From NCBI RefSeq assembly GCF_963921235.1, contig NC_086108.1:36706001-36770000 (forward strand): a stretch of 64,000 nt of DNA, given 5' to 3'. Under the pieces are notes generated by a model. The model ran no database searches. It was not told the origin of the DNA and worked only from the letters and a program-made list of their open reading frames with translations. Made by a program: the position numbers and the translations under genes. This stretch comes from Mobula hypostoma. Its lineage: Eukaryota. Shown one piece after another: positions 62,858 to 64,000 of the stretch (position 1 is the first letter of the stretch; every line of letters begins with the position of its first letter).

Positions 62858-64000
62858 GGAACCCCTCCCCTACGGCTGACTCCTGATGGCTCTGGCTGTT
62901 TGAAGATGAGTGCCGAGGATGAGTGCCGGATCCAAGATGGCTCTTTCAGGCACCTAGCACCTCTCCTTTGGTTTGAGTCCTTCCCAGTCCGTGAGGTATC
63001 GCCAAACACACCAAACAGTATGTGAGTCCAAAAGCCTTTCCACCGTGAAGACCTGTTCCCTCTCAATAATCCTGGGTGGCAGCGGGGCAGATGGTGGTGG
63101 GGCCAAGGCGTTGGTGCAGACAGGTTTTATTTTAGAGATGTGGAAGGTGGGATTAATCTTTACGGTCCTGGGAAGCTGCAGGTATAAGCCACTGGGATGG
63201 GTCTAGTGAAGTTGGGCGACAACTTTCTAGACTCCACTTAGACAGGCAAATCATGAGTGGACAGCCAGACCTGTTACCCAGGCTGCAAAGAGGGTCTCTG
63301 TCTTTTCTTTCAGTTCGCCTTGGTTTCTGCCTTTTGGGTAGAGACCAACAAAATCTCTCCCTCATTCATTTCTCCTTGCAGCGTTGAATGAGCTCTTCGG
63401 CCACAGGGACCCAACATCGGCCTCCTGTTCCTGAAAGAGAGGTGGAGGATAACCAAACTGGCACTCAAACAGTGACATCCGGTGTGCTGTTGCTGTAAGG
63501 TGTTGTGAGCGACCAAATGGTCACACCACACATCAGGTCTTTCTGAGGCCAGGCATCTTAGGGTATGTTCAAAATCCTGGTTGGTCCATGCTGTCTGGCC
63601 GTTGGACTGTGGGTAAAACCCAGAAGAAATACTTGCTATTACCCCTATCAGCTTACAGAACACCTTCCAGAAATGTGATGTGAATTGTAGACCACGATCT
63701 GAGACAATGTTGACCAGGAGTCCACGAACCCTGAAGACCCGGTCCAGGACAGTTTCAGCAGTCTCCAACACATATGGTAGCTTCTCCAAGGCAATGAACT
63801 TGCAGGCTTTCAAAAACTGATTGACTCCTTGGATGGCGGAAGACCCGTGACAAAGTCCTTGGAGACAGGTGTCCGTGTTTTTTCCGTAACAGTTAGGGGA
63901 GGAGGAGCCCTTGAGGTATGGGGCCACTTGTTCGGGGCGCACACCTCGCATGCCTGCACATACTGCTGAACTTCTTTTGTCATTCTAGGCCACAAACACC
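62858..64000 (-). mobile_element. Gypsy chromovirus (sushi-like) pol 3' end: integrase plus chromodomain, decayed; continues beyond the window
   Basis: WPRMTKEVQQYVQACEVCA; IVSDRGLQFTSHFWKVFCKLIG..SSGFYPQSNGQT; chromodomain PPRIIEREQVFTVERLLDS..YLTDWEGLKPKERC*VPERAILDPALI. Confidence 0.93.

Overview
Eukaryotic, repeat-dense vertebrate genomic DNA. The repeat families (CR1, Rex1/Babar, L2, Neptune-type Penelope, HE1-like V-SINEs, a SacSINE1-like DeuSINE) suggest a cartilaginous fish, probably a ray; this is an inference from family recognition, not a database result. I found no intact host protein-coding gene, rRNA or genuine tRNA. Nearly every ORF in the track is a frameshifted or stop-interrupted retroelement fragment or a chance ORF. 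The window is a stack of nested decayed elements: many CR1 copies, Rex1-like LINEs, Penelope-like elements (PLEs), three solo LTRs with target-site duplications (TSDs), the 3' end of a chromodomain-bearing Gypsy, a very old Mag-like Gypsy fossil, a Tc1-type MITE and SINEs. The strongest second-look items are: (1) minimal hammerhead ribozyme motifs in the PLE terminal repeats, with one copy at 49136-49171 (-) keeping a complete catalytic core; (2) an inverted PLE composite bounded by a 9-bp TSD; (3) a candidate recursive splice site (polypyrimidine-CAG|GTGAGT) in unique DNA at about 25725; (4) a tripartite inverted Rex insertion. None of these is clearly a new system; they are instances or candidates of known phenomena. 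Family names come from motif recognition by eye, and boundaries without a TSD are approximate.
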